Shown here: in pieces, positions 1 through 9,181 of the stretch | Position numbering within the stretch: position 1 is the stretch's first letter | Layout: each line of letters opens with the position of its first letter | Source: Candidatus Micrarchaeaceae archaeon | Lineage (GTDB): Archaea; Micrarchaeota; Micrarchaeia; Micrarchaeales; CABMGC01 | Assembly (NCBI GenBank): GCA_038877255.1 | Contig: JAVYWZ010000001.1 | Location: 1 to 64,000, forward strand | Direction of reading: 5' to 3' | Length of the DNA: 64,000 bases | Translations under genes and position numbers: made by a program | The notes under the pieces: model-generated | What the model was told of the DNA's origin: nothing | Database searches by the model: none | Seen by the model: the letters and a program-made list of their open reading frames with translations, nothing else

Positions 1-1040
1 TGGCGATAAAAGCAAGAGAGAATGGCGCTGAAGGCATAGGCCTTGCAAGAACAGAGCGCATGTTCAATGCGCCAGATAGGCTTGCAACAGTACAGAGCAT
101 GATACTAGCCGATACACCTGAGGAAAGAGCGCATTACCTTGCAAAACTAAAGCCCATGCAGAAAAGCGATTTCAAGGCGATCTTCAAAGCGATGAAGGGA
201 TTGCCTGTAACAATAAGGCTTCTTGACCTGCCGCTGCACGAATTCCTGCCAAAGCTTGACGAGCTACTGCCAAAAGTTACAGAGCTGAGAATTGCAAACA
301 AGGATAAGCAAACTCTTGAAAAATACGAGCACATACTGAAACGGGCAATGGAGTTGCGAGAGCAAAATCCCATGATGGGCCAGCGCGGCGTAAGGCTCTC
401 GCTTATGTACCCTGAGATTTACATCATGCAGGTAGAAGCAATCTTTGAGGCTGCAGCTGAGCTCAATAAAGAGGAAAATGCGGATATAGAAGTAGAAATA
501 ATGATCTCGCAGGTAGCGAGTGCAAGCGAGCTGGCAAAGGCCAGGGAGATAGTGGAGCAGACTGCGCATAATGAAGCAAAGAAAACAAAGACAAACATAA
601 AATACAAGGTAGGCACCATGATAGAAACGCCAAGGGCAGCGCTAACCGCAACCGAATTGGCAAAAGTCGCAGACTTCTTCTCGTTTGGAACAAACGATCT
701 GACACAGGCTACTTTCGCATTCAGCAGGGACGATGTCGAAGCGAAGTTCATACCGTTCTATATAGACAACAAAATACTGCAAGCAAACCCGTTCGAAACG
801 CTTGATGTCAGCGGAGTAGGCAGGCTTGTAAAGATAGCAGCAGAGGAAGGCAAAGAAGCCAACAAGAGCTTGCGCGTTGGCATCTGCGGCGAGCATGGCG
901 GAGACCCCGATTCCATAATGTTCTTCAACACTACGAAAATTGATTATGTGAGCTGCTCTCCTTACCGCGTGCCAGTAGCAAGGCTCGTAGCTGCGCAGGC
1001 TGAGCTTAAAGGCAAAAGGCAGGCTTCTACGACAGCATGA
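1..1040 (+). CDS. ppdK: Pyruvate, phosphate dikinase, C-terminal part (5'-truncated by window edge)
   Basis: Frame is open from the window start (GAEGIGLARTERMF). Motifs VTIRLLDLPLHEFLP, EQNPMMGQRGVRL, GTMIETPRAA, FSFGTNDLTQ, GICGEHGGDP, YVSCSPYRVP. Confidence 0.96.
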   Translation, partial: AIKARENGAEGIGLARTERMFNAPDRLATVQSMILADTPEERAHYLAKLKPMQKSDFKAIFKAMKGLPVTIRLLDLPLHEFLPKLDELLPKVTELRIANKDKQTLEKYEHILKRAMELREQNPMMGQRGVRLSLMYPEIYIMQVEAIFEAAAELNKEENADIEVEIMISQVASASELAKAREIVEQTAHNEAKKTKTNIKYKVGTMIETPRAALTATELAKVADFFSFGTNDLTQATFAFSRDDVEAKFIPFYIDNKILQANPFETLDVSGVGRLVKIAAEEGKEANKSLRVGICGEHGGDPDSIMFFNTTKIDYVSCSPYRVPVARLVAAQAELKGKRQASTTA

Positions 1041-1061
1041 GCGGCATAGGCGCAAATTAGC

Positions 1062-1796
1062 ATGTGGCTTACAAAAGACGTTGAGATAGTAGACGGACAG
1101 CCTATTCTGTATATAAAATCCCTGAACGCGCTCGTCTGCTCAGACTTACATCTTGGTTACGAAGGTGTCATGGCAGAGCAAGGCGTCTTCTTGCCAAAGG
1201 CTAACCTTGGCAAAATAGAGCAGAGCGTAAGAAAAGCGATTAGAACAACCGGAGCGGTTACGCTGATAGTTGCAGGAGACATCAAAAATGAATTTTCCAA
1301 GGTGCACTTGGAAGAATTTAATGAGTTCAAGGAATTTGTGGCGTTTACAAAGCGGCTTGGCGTAAGCAGGCTTGTTCTAATAAAGGGCAACCACGACAAC
1401 TTTGTCGACAAATATGAAAAACCATTCAAAATAGATATTTACAAGCAAGAAGCGCTTTTCGGCGCTTATTTGATATTTCATGGCGAAGAACTGCCAAAGA
1501 TTAATAAGGGCAATTTTATGATAATGGGGCATGTGCACCCAGCAATAGCAGTATTCAACAAGATAGGCGTGAAGGAAAAGCTGAAGTGCTTCCTTTATGG
1601 CAAGCTTAGAGGCGGCAAACAACTAATAATATTACCAGCAATGAACTTCTACGCTGGGAATGTGGAAGTTAACATAGAAGACATTTCTGAGCTCTCGCCC
1701 GTGTTTGGCACGCTTGTAGATGTAAACACACTTAGGGCGTTCTGCATAGGCGACGATGAAACGCTCGATTTTGGCAGCATAGAAAATTTAAGGTGA
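1062..1796 (+). CDS. Metallophosphoesterase (calcineurin-like, ICC-like/COG1407 type)
   Basis: Motifs SDLHLG, AGDIK, GNHD, FHG, GHVHP, LPA. Confidence 0.88.
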   Translation: MWLTKDVEIVDGQPILYIKSLNALVCSDLHLGYEGVMAEQGVFLPKANLGKIEQSVRKAIRTTGAVTLIVAGDIKNEFSKVHLEEFNEFKEFVAFTKRLGVSRLVLIKGNHDNFVDKYEKPFKIDIYKQEALFGAYLIFHGEELPKINKGNFMIMGHVHPAIAVFNKIGVKEKLKCFLYGKLRGGKQLIILPAMNFYAGNVEVNIEDISELSPVFGTLVDVNTLRAFCIGDDETLDFGSIENLR

Positions 1797-1800
1797 GCAC

Positions 1801-2238
1801 ATGAACCTGCTTATTTATACAGATGGCGCATCGCGCGGCAATCCCGGAATAAGCGCATCAGGTTTTCGCATATATGATGATGCGCATAAGCTGTTGAAGC
1901 AAGGCGTTCTTTACAATGGCATAGCCACTAACAACGAGGCAGAATACAAGGCCATAATAGCTGCGCTGAAGGCTGCGCTCGTGTTCGGCGCAGTTGAGAT
2001 AGCGCTTTACAGCGACAGCAAGCTCGCAATAAACCAGCTCATGGGCAATTTCAAGATAAAATCAGGAAACCTCAAAAAGCTCAACAACGAGACCAAAGAA
2101 CTGTTACACAAATTCAAAAAATACACGCTTGAGAACCCGCGTAGATCAAACGAGTACATAAGCGCAGTTGATAAGGATTTAAACGTTTTTCTTGACTCCG
2201 TTGAGAAAAAAGAGAGAGGCCAAAAAAAGCTGAAATAA
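1801..2238 (+). CDS. rnhA: Ribonuclease HI
   Basis: YTDGASRGNPG, TNNEAEYKA, YSDSKL, PRRSN..VD. Confidence 0.93.
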   Translation: MNLLIYTDGASRGNPGISASGFRIYDDAHKLLKQGVLYNGIATNNEAEYKAIIAALKAALVFGAVEIALYSDSKLAINQLMGNFKIKSGNLKKLNNETKELLHKFKKYTLENPRRSNEYISAVDKDLNVFLDSVEKKERGQKKLK

Positions 2239-2247
2239 AAAGGGGCA

Positions 2248-2318
2248 AGCCAGGAAGGGGAGTCGAACCCCTCTTTGTCGCTCTGCAGGCGACCGCATAG
2301 CCGATCTGCCATCCTGGC
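2248..2318 (-). tRNA. tRNA-Cys(GCA)
   Basis: Reverse complement folds as a cloverleaf: acceptor GCCAGGA/TCCTGGC, anticodon arm GTCGC-CTGCAGA-GCGAC, T-arm AGGGG-TTCGACT-CCCCT, U73 discriminator. Confidence 0.96.
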
Positions 2319-2430
2319 CCAATATTTCTTTAAAGAGCATGTATTTGTATTTTGCGTTTTTGTTTTTAATAAAACAAGCAAGGGCAAGGGCATTTATTTT
2401 TATCAGGTGCATGTTATACGAGGCGAACTT

Positions 2431-3555
2431 ATGCGGTTGGAAATGCAGATTCCGAAAGAGTTTGTGGTAAAGACGGAAGTTCATGATTATAAGGAGAAGC
2501 TGCCAGCGCTCATTAGTAGACTAAAAGCAGCAGGCACAATCGTAGTGCTAAGGCAAGGCGCATATGCTGGCATCGTTGATGACAGGGCGCTTGTTAGCAG
2601 CAACATAGCAAAAATGCAGAATATACAAATAAGCAAGCTAGCAACAAAAGCTCCGCTGCTAAACGAAAAGACAAGCGTTGACGAGGCACTTAAATACTTC
2701 TATGACCTAGATGTAAAAGCACTGCCATATGCTCAAGGCAAGAAAGTGTCTGGCGTTGTAAAGCGTGAAACGCTTCTTGCGATGTTATTATCACTACATG
2801 CGCTGTCAAGCGTAAAGGCCAATGAGATCATGACTTCTCCAGTAATTGGCATAGACTCAAATGCCAGCGTTGCCGAGGCAATAGCGACAATGCAGCAAAA
2901 AAAGATAGGCAGACTACTCATAATTAGCAACGGCAAGCCTTCCGGAATAGTAACCAATAGTGATATAGCATTTGCACTCGCCAGCCCAGCTGAACGCTTG
3001 CCGGAAATGAAGAAAGAAGCACACGCACTTGATGATATAAAAATAGACAGCATAAGCCAGGAGTATCTGCGCACACTCGATTACAACAAAAGCGTTGACG
3101 ACGCAATAAAGCAATTCATCAATAACGGCATTTCATCGCTGGGAGTAATGCGAGAAGGAAAGATAATAGGGATATTAACTGCAAGGGATATTCTCAAAGC
3201 CGCAATTTCATCGATAAACAAACAAGTGCCTATCTATATTTCAGGGCTTGAAGCATACACAAAGGAGAATGAAGACGAAATAAGGAGCGCGCTGGAAAAA
3301 ACAGCAGACAAGATAGACAGATTTGCAAAACTTGATGTAACCGCTGTTTTTGTAACTGTCAAGAGCAAGAAAAGCGTTTATGAGATTAACGCAAGCGTAA
3401 AGTTTGAAAAAGGCATTGAGCTGCGCGCTGAAGCCAGCGGCCAGATGCTTGACGAGACTGTGAACGAATTAACCAAAAAACTTTACAGTATGGCAAGAAA
3501 ATATAAAGAAAAGCTGCAGACTAAAAAGGAAGGAGCGGAGCGACAATATGCCTAA
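2431..3555 (+). CDS. Tandem CBS-domain protein with C-terminal HPF/RaiA-like domain (probable Hib-type ribosome hibernation factor)
   Basis: Four CBS-like units (GIVDDRAL, GVVKRETL, GIVTNSDI, GILTARDI) and a ~100-aa beta-alpha-beta-beta-beta-alpha tail (IYISGL...EINASVKF...AEASG...ETVNELTKKL). Start moved to ATG 2431 because the ORF-track start overlaps tRNA-Cys. Confidence 0.8.
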   Translation: MRLEMQIPKEFVVKTEVHDYKEKLPALISRLKAAGTIVVLRQGAYAGIVDDRALVSSNIAKMQNIQISKLATKAPLLNEKTSVDEALKYFYDLDVKALPYAQGKKVSGVVKRETLLAMLLSLHALSSVKANEIMTSPVIGIDSNASVAEAIATMQQKKIGRLLIISNGKPSGIVTNSDIAFALASPAERLPEMKKEAHALDDIKIDSISQEYLRTLDYNKSVDDAIKQFINNGISSLGVMREGKIIGILTARDILKAAISSINKQVPIYISGLEAYTKENEDEIRSALEKTADKIDRFAKLDVTAVFVTVKSKKSVYEINASVKFEKGIELRAEASGQMLDETVNELTKKLYSMARKYKEKLQTKKEGAERQYA

Positions 3556-4009
3556 GGCGCAATCAAGCTTTGAGTTGCTCATAACGCTGTCGTTCGGACT
3601 AGCGATACTCTTGCCGATTGTGGTAATTGCATTTATACAGCTTGCTAGCGCAAACAGCTCGCTTTCGGCAATAAGCGCGCAAGAAGCAGCTAGCAAGCTA
3701 GTAAGCGTGGCCTCATTAGTAGGCAGTGAAGGAGCGCCTGCAAAGGAGCTTGTCCAGATAGTTGTGCCTGCAAATGTCAGGTTCATATATGTAGGCACTC
3801 CGGTAACTAATGCAGTAGGCCATGAGATAGTTTTTGTAGTTTCGTCGCCCACTGGATTAAGCGACATAACAGCATACTCTCCAGTTAATGTGAGTGGACA
3901 ACTCAGTGGAATTTCTTCTGAAGGCACATACCTCGTAAACGTCTCTGCGCAGGCACACTGCCAGAGTTACTACGCAGTGCCATGCGTTTACATGTCTGAA
4001 GTTTCATGA
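3548..4009 (+). CDS. Class III signal peptide (type IV pilin-like) protein
   Basis: N-terminus MPKA|QSSFELLITL followed by a hydrophobic helix. Confidence 0.8.
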   Translation: MPKAQSSFELLITLSFGLAILLPIVVIAFIQLASANSSLSAISAQEAASKLVSVASLVGSEGAPAKELVQIVVPANVRFIYVGTPVTNAVGHEIVFVVSSPTGLSDITAYSPVNVSGQLSGISSEGTYLVNVSAQAHCQSYYAVPCVYMSEVS

Positions 4010-4052
4010 TGTTTGCGCAAGTTTCTTATTTCTTTCCTGCTTAGTAAGAAAC

Positions 4053-5090
4053 ATGGCGGCTAAAAGAATCGACAAAAAAGGTAGCATGGCAATTAAGAAT
4101 AAGTCAGTAATAGCAAATCCGAAGAGGTTTTACACTTTCTTAATAATTATTGTAATAGTAATAGCTGCAATAGCATACGCACTAATTCCAAGAAGCAGTG
4201 TTCTGTTTGTAAGTTCTGGAAAGAGCGTGCAGCTGAAGCCTGGCGAAGCGATGCTCATGAAGATGCAGAACAGCAGCGTCTTCGCAATGCTTGTATATAA
4301 GTCGAACAGCACAGGCGCTATTGTGTATATATCGCAGCTTCCAATTCCCGCAAGCTATGCGTCAAAGTTCGTTCTGCTCAAAGGCGAAAACGCAGGCGTA
4401 AATGTGAGCGTAAATGCCACTGGAAATGCAGATCTTAACGTTCGCCTCTCAAGCAGCAATGCCACATCTGTCGAGCTGCTGCTTACACCGCTTTCCAGCA
4501 TTTTAGGCATCAAAGTAAGCAAAGAAGTTACGCTAGTAGGTCCTTACGCCATAAGCACTGCAGGCGGTCTAAAGGTAATAACAATATCTACAACAAGCTC
4601 GACATCTACAACCACGTCTACAATAAACCAGACCGCAGCCTTGCTAGAATCCGCGTTGAATTACGCAAACAACAAAACCAACGAAGGCGTTCTAATGAAT
4701 AAATACAAAGCGCTATACAACAAAGACACCGTTTGCAATGAAAGCATTTACAACGCGACGTATGAGCATTACTACTCGACTGAACCTTCAGGCGTCTCGT
4801 CGTTTGACAATATAAGCAAGCTAATTCCAATAAACGTGACAGTGCATGCTGCAATAAAAAGCGGCGCTTTTGTGTTTGTGAATTATACCCCAACATTTCG
4901 CAATGGCAGCAGAGGCGGGCCCATGCTCTCTTTGCTGCTGAATATGTCACCTGGAGCCGTTGCGCATGTAGCAAACGCAACATACGAAGGCATACTTACC
5001 TACGCTACTTATGCAGAGATTAATTCGACATATGCGTTCCAAAGCAGCATAAATAACTATTGCGGTGCGTATATAGTTCCGCCATCGTAA
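4053..5090 (+). CDS. Membrane-anchored extracellular protein of unknown function
   Basis: Basic N-terminus, one TM helix, Ser/Thr linker (TTSSTSTTTST), many N-x-S/T sequons, two C-terminal Cys. Confidence 0.7.
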   Translation: MAAKRIDKKGSMAIKNKSVIANPKRFYTFLIIIVIVIAAIAYALIPRSSVLFVSSGKSVQLKPGEAMLMKMQNSSVFAMLVYKSNSTGAIVYISQLPIPASYASKFVLLKGENAGVNVSVNATGNADLNVRLSSSNATSVELLLTPLSSILGIKVSKEVTLVGPYAISTAGGLKVITISTTSSTSTTTSTINQTAALLESALNYANNKTNEGVLMNKYKALYNKDTVCNESIYNATYEHYYSTEPSGVSSFDNISKLIPINVTVHAAIKSGAFVFVNYTPTFRNGSRGGPMLSLLLNMSPGAVAHVANATYEGILTYATYAEINSTYAFQSSINNYCGAYIVPPS

Positions 5091-5170
5091 CTTGTCTCTT
5101 GCCTCTGGCTTTTGGAGCTTGCAAAACATATATATTACTGAACATGCAAATCTCATTTGCGGTCGGTTGA

Positions 5171-6007
5171 ATGGCGCTCTCTAGTAAAAACCTTTTCTTC
5201 ATGCTTGTGCTGATATCATTTGTGTTCGTTCTGCTCATTTATTTACTTTACCTGCCGACTTATGTAAAAATAATATTTGCAATCATAGCACTTGCAATAG
5301 ACGTAATGGCATTCTCCACTAAATATTATACTTACTTATTTATTCCGTTGTTGCATGCAAAAAACAAGACAGTTGTTTTGAGCCCTGACCCCGCGTTCAG
5401 AATTTCGCCAAACGGCAACGCCATAATAGTAAGATCAGAAGGCCTGTTTTACGTAAGCGCGTTCGTTAAAATACCATTTTACAAATCGGCAACAGAGATG
5501 ACCGAAGACGAGCGCACTGACTTTGCAAGGTCGTTTTCGAAGATGCTCACGATAAGCAAAGAACCCGTAAAATTCACCACGCTGCTATATGTAATAAACA
5601 AAGATGAGTACATAAACGAGATAAGGCAGAAACTTGACCTTGCAGAAGCGGCATATGCTTCACTCAACGCTCAGGCAAACCCGGCACAGACTACACCCCA
5701 GCTTGAAAGGGCAAAAGGCGAAGTCACTATGTGGAGGAATCTGCTTGATTCGATAAGCAGGGTGCGTTCCAATGCGCTAGGCAGTTATGCGATGGTAACC
5801 GCAACAGGAGCAACAGAAGAAGAAGCTACAACAATTGCGATGCAAAAGGCAGATGAACTTGCTGCAGGCATAAGCGCTACGCTGGGTGTTAGCGCTTACA
5901 TAATGGAATCAAAAGAATTCATAGCAATGATAGAGCCTGAAGAAATGATACCGTTCGCAACAATAAGCGAACAGATGCAGGAAAAGACTGCTTCGTTAGG
6001 TGTTTGA
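5171..6007 (+). CDS. 2-TM membrane protein with coiled coil; resembles PrgI/VirB3 plus VirB4 N-terminal region
   Basis: Two N-terminal TM helices, then EMTEDERTDFARSFSKML...PVKF...YINE and a coiled coil. Paralogous to the next gene and upstream of the ATPase. Confidence 0.6.
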   Translation: MALSSKNLFFMLVLISFVFVLLIYLLYLPTYVKIIFAIIALAIDVMAFSTKYYTYLFIPLLHAKNKTVVLSPDPAFRISPNGNAIIVRSEGLFYVSAFVKIPFYKSATEMTEDERTDFARSFSKMLTISKEPVKFTTLLYVINKDEYINEIRQKLDLAEAAYASLNAQANPAQTTPQLERAKGEVTMWRNLLDSISRVRSNALGSYAMVTATGATEEEATTIAMQKADELAAGISATLGVSAYIMESKEFIAMIEPEEMIPFATISEQMQEKTASLGV

Positions 6008-6009
6008 GC

Positions 6010-6834
6010 ATGGATTTCAATACCATACTTTACCTTGCAACATGCTCAATAATTGCAATACTTGTAGGAGCGGCAACTACCACATATGGATCTAGTGCAA
6101 TACCAATTGTTGTGCTTTCTATAATTGCAATACTCTTATTTTTTATAATAAACTATGCCGACTTTTTGCTATTCCCTGTGTTTACCAATATATTCAACAT
6201 AAAGCAGATACCAGCCAAAGACTACTATATACCTAAGAGCAACAACGCAGTGATAAAATATGTGAATGGAATATACTACGCGACAGGCTACCTCACTGCA
6301 AACATATACAATTACGTATTTACAGTTGAGCAAATACAAGAAGGCGAAGAAACATTGCTTGCTGAAGGGCCTAACAACTGGGAACGCATAGTGCAAAACA
6401 TAACATTTCCCTTCAAGTACAACATAGTCTGCTATGCGGAAGACCTGCAAAAATATAGGGACGAGCTAGAAGCCAGAAGAGGCGCTCTCGAATTCCAGCT
6501 TTCGAGGGAAATGAGCTCTACAACACCAAGCCAGCTTACCATAGAGGACCTCCAAAGACGCATAAACATAATACAAACAAGGATAGATAGGCTTTCAAGC
6601 GGCGAAAGGCCCATAAACGCCGCGATGTATCTGGAGAGCACAGCCGTCGGCGTAAGCGAGAAGGAAGCGCTTGATGCCCTTGCAGCCCAGCTTGACCACC
6701 TGCAAACAGTGTTTGGCGGCTTCGACCTCAGCATTACAAGGATAACAGGCAGAGAGTTGTATCTGCTTTTCCAGTTCAACTATGCTGTGCCACAGCAACA
6801 GGCACTGGAGCTCGTATTTACAGTTCAAAGGTAA
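6010..6834 (+). CDS. 2-TM membrane protein, paralog of 5171..6007
   Basis: Same layout. Shared segments NAVIKYVNGIYYATGY vs NAIIVRSEGLFYVSAF, and TAVGVSEKEAL vs TATGATEEEAT. Confidence 0.6.
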   Translation: MDFNTILYLATCSIIAILVGAATTTYGSSAIPIVVLSIIAILLFFIINYADFLLFPVFTNIFNIKQIPAKDYYIPKSNNAVIKYVNGIYYATGYLTANIYNYVFTVEQIQEGEETLLAEGPNNWERIVQNITFPFKYNIVCYAEDLQKYRDELEARRGALEFQLSREMSSTTPSQLTIEDLQRRINIIQTRIDRLSSGERPINAAMYLESTAVGVSEKEALDALAAQLDHLQTVFGGFDLSITRITGRELYLLFQFNYAVPQQQALELVFTVQR

Positions 6835-6885
6835 GGCAATGCTGAAACTAAAACGCTTTAATAATTTTGTGAGAAAAGTGGTATC

Positions 6886-8391
6886 ATGGGCTTGATACGC
6901 CTTCAAAACGTTATGAGTAACGAGCTTGGAAAAAGGACTGTATTAAGCAGGCCACCTGAACCGCCATACGATTATCTGCTTAATGATCCTACAAATTCCA
7001 TATTCATAGGCATAACAAAGCTGTTCAGCGTGCCTTTCACCTGGACTTTTGCAAATCTTACGAACCCGCACGTTGCAGTAGTCGGAATAACAGGAGCAGG
7101 CAAAAGCTTTTTTGTAAAAACTTTTCTCACTAGGGCAAGCTTCGTGTGGAACACTAACGCAATAATAATAGACTGGGCAGGCGAGTACAAAGCATGGGTA
7201 AAGCAGAGCGGCGGCATTATAGTGGCGCTTGGGAAAGGCGATTATTTAAACATAATGGACCTTTCAGGCATGAAGCCGCTTGACAGGACCAAACAGATAA
7301 TCACCTCGTTTGAGATACTTACCGACATAGGAGATTACCCGGAGCAGAAAAGGCTTACGGAAGAGGCGATAGAACAGGCATATGTAAATGCAGGCTTCGC
7401 GCTTGCTGAAATTCCCGAAGCAAAACGGGAAGCGCCAACGCTTAAAGACGCCATCTCGCTGCTTGAAGAGCAGCTGCAGGCAGGAACTTACGAATATCCT
7501 GCAGAGCTTGAGAATGCAGTTTATAGGCTAAGGCAATTTGCAAGAGAAGGCGAAGACTATTTCGCGAAGAAAAGCACCATAGACTTGGGAAAGCTTGCAA
7601 GCTCTGGCTTGGTTGACATAGACCTTTCGAGCCTGCCTGACGAGCGCTTCAGGGCACTTGCCGCATTAGTAATATTGCAAACGCTAAAGGAGAAGATGCG
7701 CATGGAAGGCTGGTCAGCAACCAAAGGCCTCAAGGCGCTTGTTGTTCTTGACGAAGCATGGAAAATAGCGAGCGACGAGCGCAGTGACGCGGTAACTATA
7801 ATAAGGGAAGGCAGGAAATACCAGTTCGGCTTAATCGTAGCGTCACAAAATCCTACTGATATTAACGAGGCAATATTTTCAAATGTTGGAACAAATATCT
7901 TGTTAAGAATAAGATTCGAGCGCTTCCTAGACTATGTGCAGGGCTCGCTCAATTTCTCTGAGTTTATGAGGCGCGAAATTAGCAAGTTTGGCGTAGGCCA
8001 GGCAGCAGTAGATATGTCTTTCCAGACTAATGTAGAATTTCCAGAGATATTCCTAATAGACAGGATAATAGGTGAGGTGCCGCTTGACGTATATACCATA
8101 AATGTTGCTGATATATTGAGCCAGAGCGAACTCAATGATGAAAGCGTGCAAAAAGAGTATTTTCTTGAAAAAGCAGACATAAACGCAAAACTAATAGAGA
8201 ACAACATAGGGTCTGATGTCATAAATGAGGTTTTCAAGCAGCTTGATGCAAAAGGCAGGCTTGTAGACATACGCAGCATAGTGCAAATGCTTCTTGGCTT
8301 GCAGGCAAGCAAGGAAGCAGTAGTGGGCTTTCTGCGCGCAGTGGGCATGCCCGATTCAGTTATAACCCGCGCGTTTGTATATGTTACATAG
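6886..8391 (+). CDS. VirB4/HerA(DUF87)-family P-loop ATPase (CedB/TraE-like)
   Basis: NPHVAVVGITGAGKS (Walker A), IIIDWAGEY, VVLDEAW (Walker B), IIREGRKYQFGLIVASQ. Confidence 0.9.
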   Translation: MGLIRLQNVMSNELGKRTVLSRPPEPPYDYLLNDPTNSIFIGITKLFSVPFTWTFANLTNPHVAVVGITGAGKSFFVKTFLTRASFVWNTNAIIIDWAGEYKAWVKQSGGIIVALGKGDYLNIMDLSGMKPLDRTKQIITSFEILTDIGDYPEQKRLTEEAIEQAYVNAGFALAEIPEAKREAPTLKDAISLLEEQLQAGTYEYPAELENAVYRLRQFAREGEDYFAKKSTIDLGKLASSGLVDIDLSSLPDERFRALAALVILQTLKEKMRMEGWSATKGLKALVVLDEAWKIASDERSDAVTIIREGRKYQFGLIVASQNPTDINEAIFSNVGTNILLRIRFERFLDYVQGSLNFSEFMRREISKFGVGQAAVDMSFQTNVEFPEIFLIDRIIGEVPLDVYTINVADILSQSELNDESVQKEYFLEKADINAKLIENNIGSDVINEVFKQLDAKGRLVDIRSIVQMLLGLQASKEAVVGFLRAVGMPDSVITRAFVYVT

Positions 8392-8399
8392 GCAATTTG

Positions 8400-8699
8400 A
8401 TGGGCGCTACCTTCACCATATCAAGGCAAAAGTTGCAGCGCATGCTAACGATAATTGGTGTAAGCGAAAAAACAATACAGGAGCTGCTTGCAGAGCTTAA
8501 CAAGCAGCATAGGCACGTAAACGCAGTTTCTTTTGCGGGTATGCTCGAAAAATCGGGGCTAAAAGCTGAGCAGGTAGTAAATGTGCTTAGAAGGATAGGC
8601 ATAGACGATGTTACAATAACCAATGTGCTCAATATGCTTGACGAGGAAAAGATAAAAAAAGAGTATGGCAGGCTTGTTTACCTCGAACTGGGACCATAA
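8400..8699 (+). CDS. Small helical protein homologous to the C-terminal tail of the upstream ATPase
   Basis: EQVVNVLRRIGIDDVTIT aligns with the ATPase segment EAVVGFLRAVGMPDSVIT. Confidence 0.65.
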   Translation: MGATFTISRQKLQRMLTIIGVSEKTIQELLAELNKQHRHVNAVSFAGMLEKSGLKAEQVVNVLRRIGIDDVTITNVLNMLDEEKIKKEYGRLVYLELGP

Positions 8700-9049
8700 T
8701 GCAAAAAAGCGTTTGTATAATTTGCGGCAAAGAGAAACCAGGGCTAGAAGTGCAAAACGATTTTATAATAAGCAGCATAAGGTGGTTCAAGAAAAACATA
8801 ACGAAGAATGAACAGAACAACAAACTAGTAGTGTGCAAAGAATGCTACACTGAATATTCAAGCGCGCGAAAAAGATACGAGGGAAGAATGAAGCTTTACT
8901 TAGCGCTTGGAATAATCTTCGCACTTTTTGCAATAATAGTATCCTCAGACAAACTTTACGCGCTGGGCATAGGCGTTCTAGTAGTGGCACTGCTTTACTT
9001 ATTCTCATTGCTAAGCTACACGCCAAAGCTCAAAATTTTGAACAGATAA
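8699..9049 (+). CDS. Zinc-finger (CxxC...CxxC) protein with two C-terminal TM helices
   Basis: CIIC...CKEC and a hydrophobic C-terminus. Start overlaps the previous stop (TAATG). Confidence 0.7.
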   Translation: MQKSVCIICGKEKPGLEVQNDFIISSIRWFKKNITKNEQNNKLVVCKECYTEYSSARKRYEGRMKLYLALGIIFALFAIIVSSDKLYALGIGVLVVALLYLFSLLSYTPKLKILNR

Positions 9050-9181
9050 CTGCTAAGCGCATTATGTAAGTGCCAATAGCATATGCACGTTTGCGAAAAG
9101 GTTTATAAGTGCATAAGCCCTTAATCTCATTAATTGGCAAAGTGCGGAACTTTGTTTATATGTTATTGAGGTGGCTTAGAA

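Noticed and set aside
2275..2430. Long N-terminal extension of the CBS protein
   Set aside because: Overlaps tRNA-Cys and a T-rich intergenic tract; ATG 2431 is more plausible.
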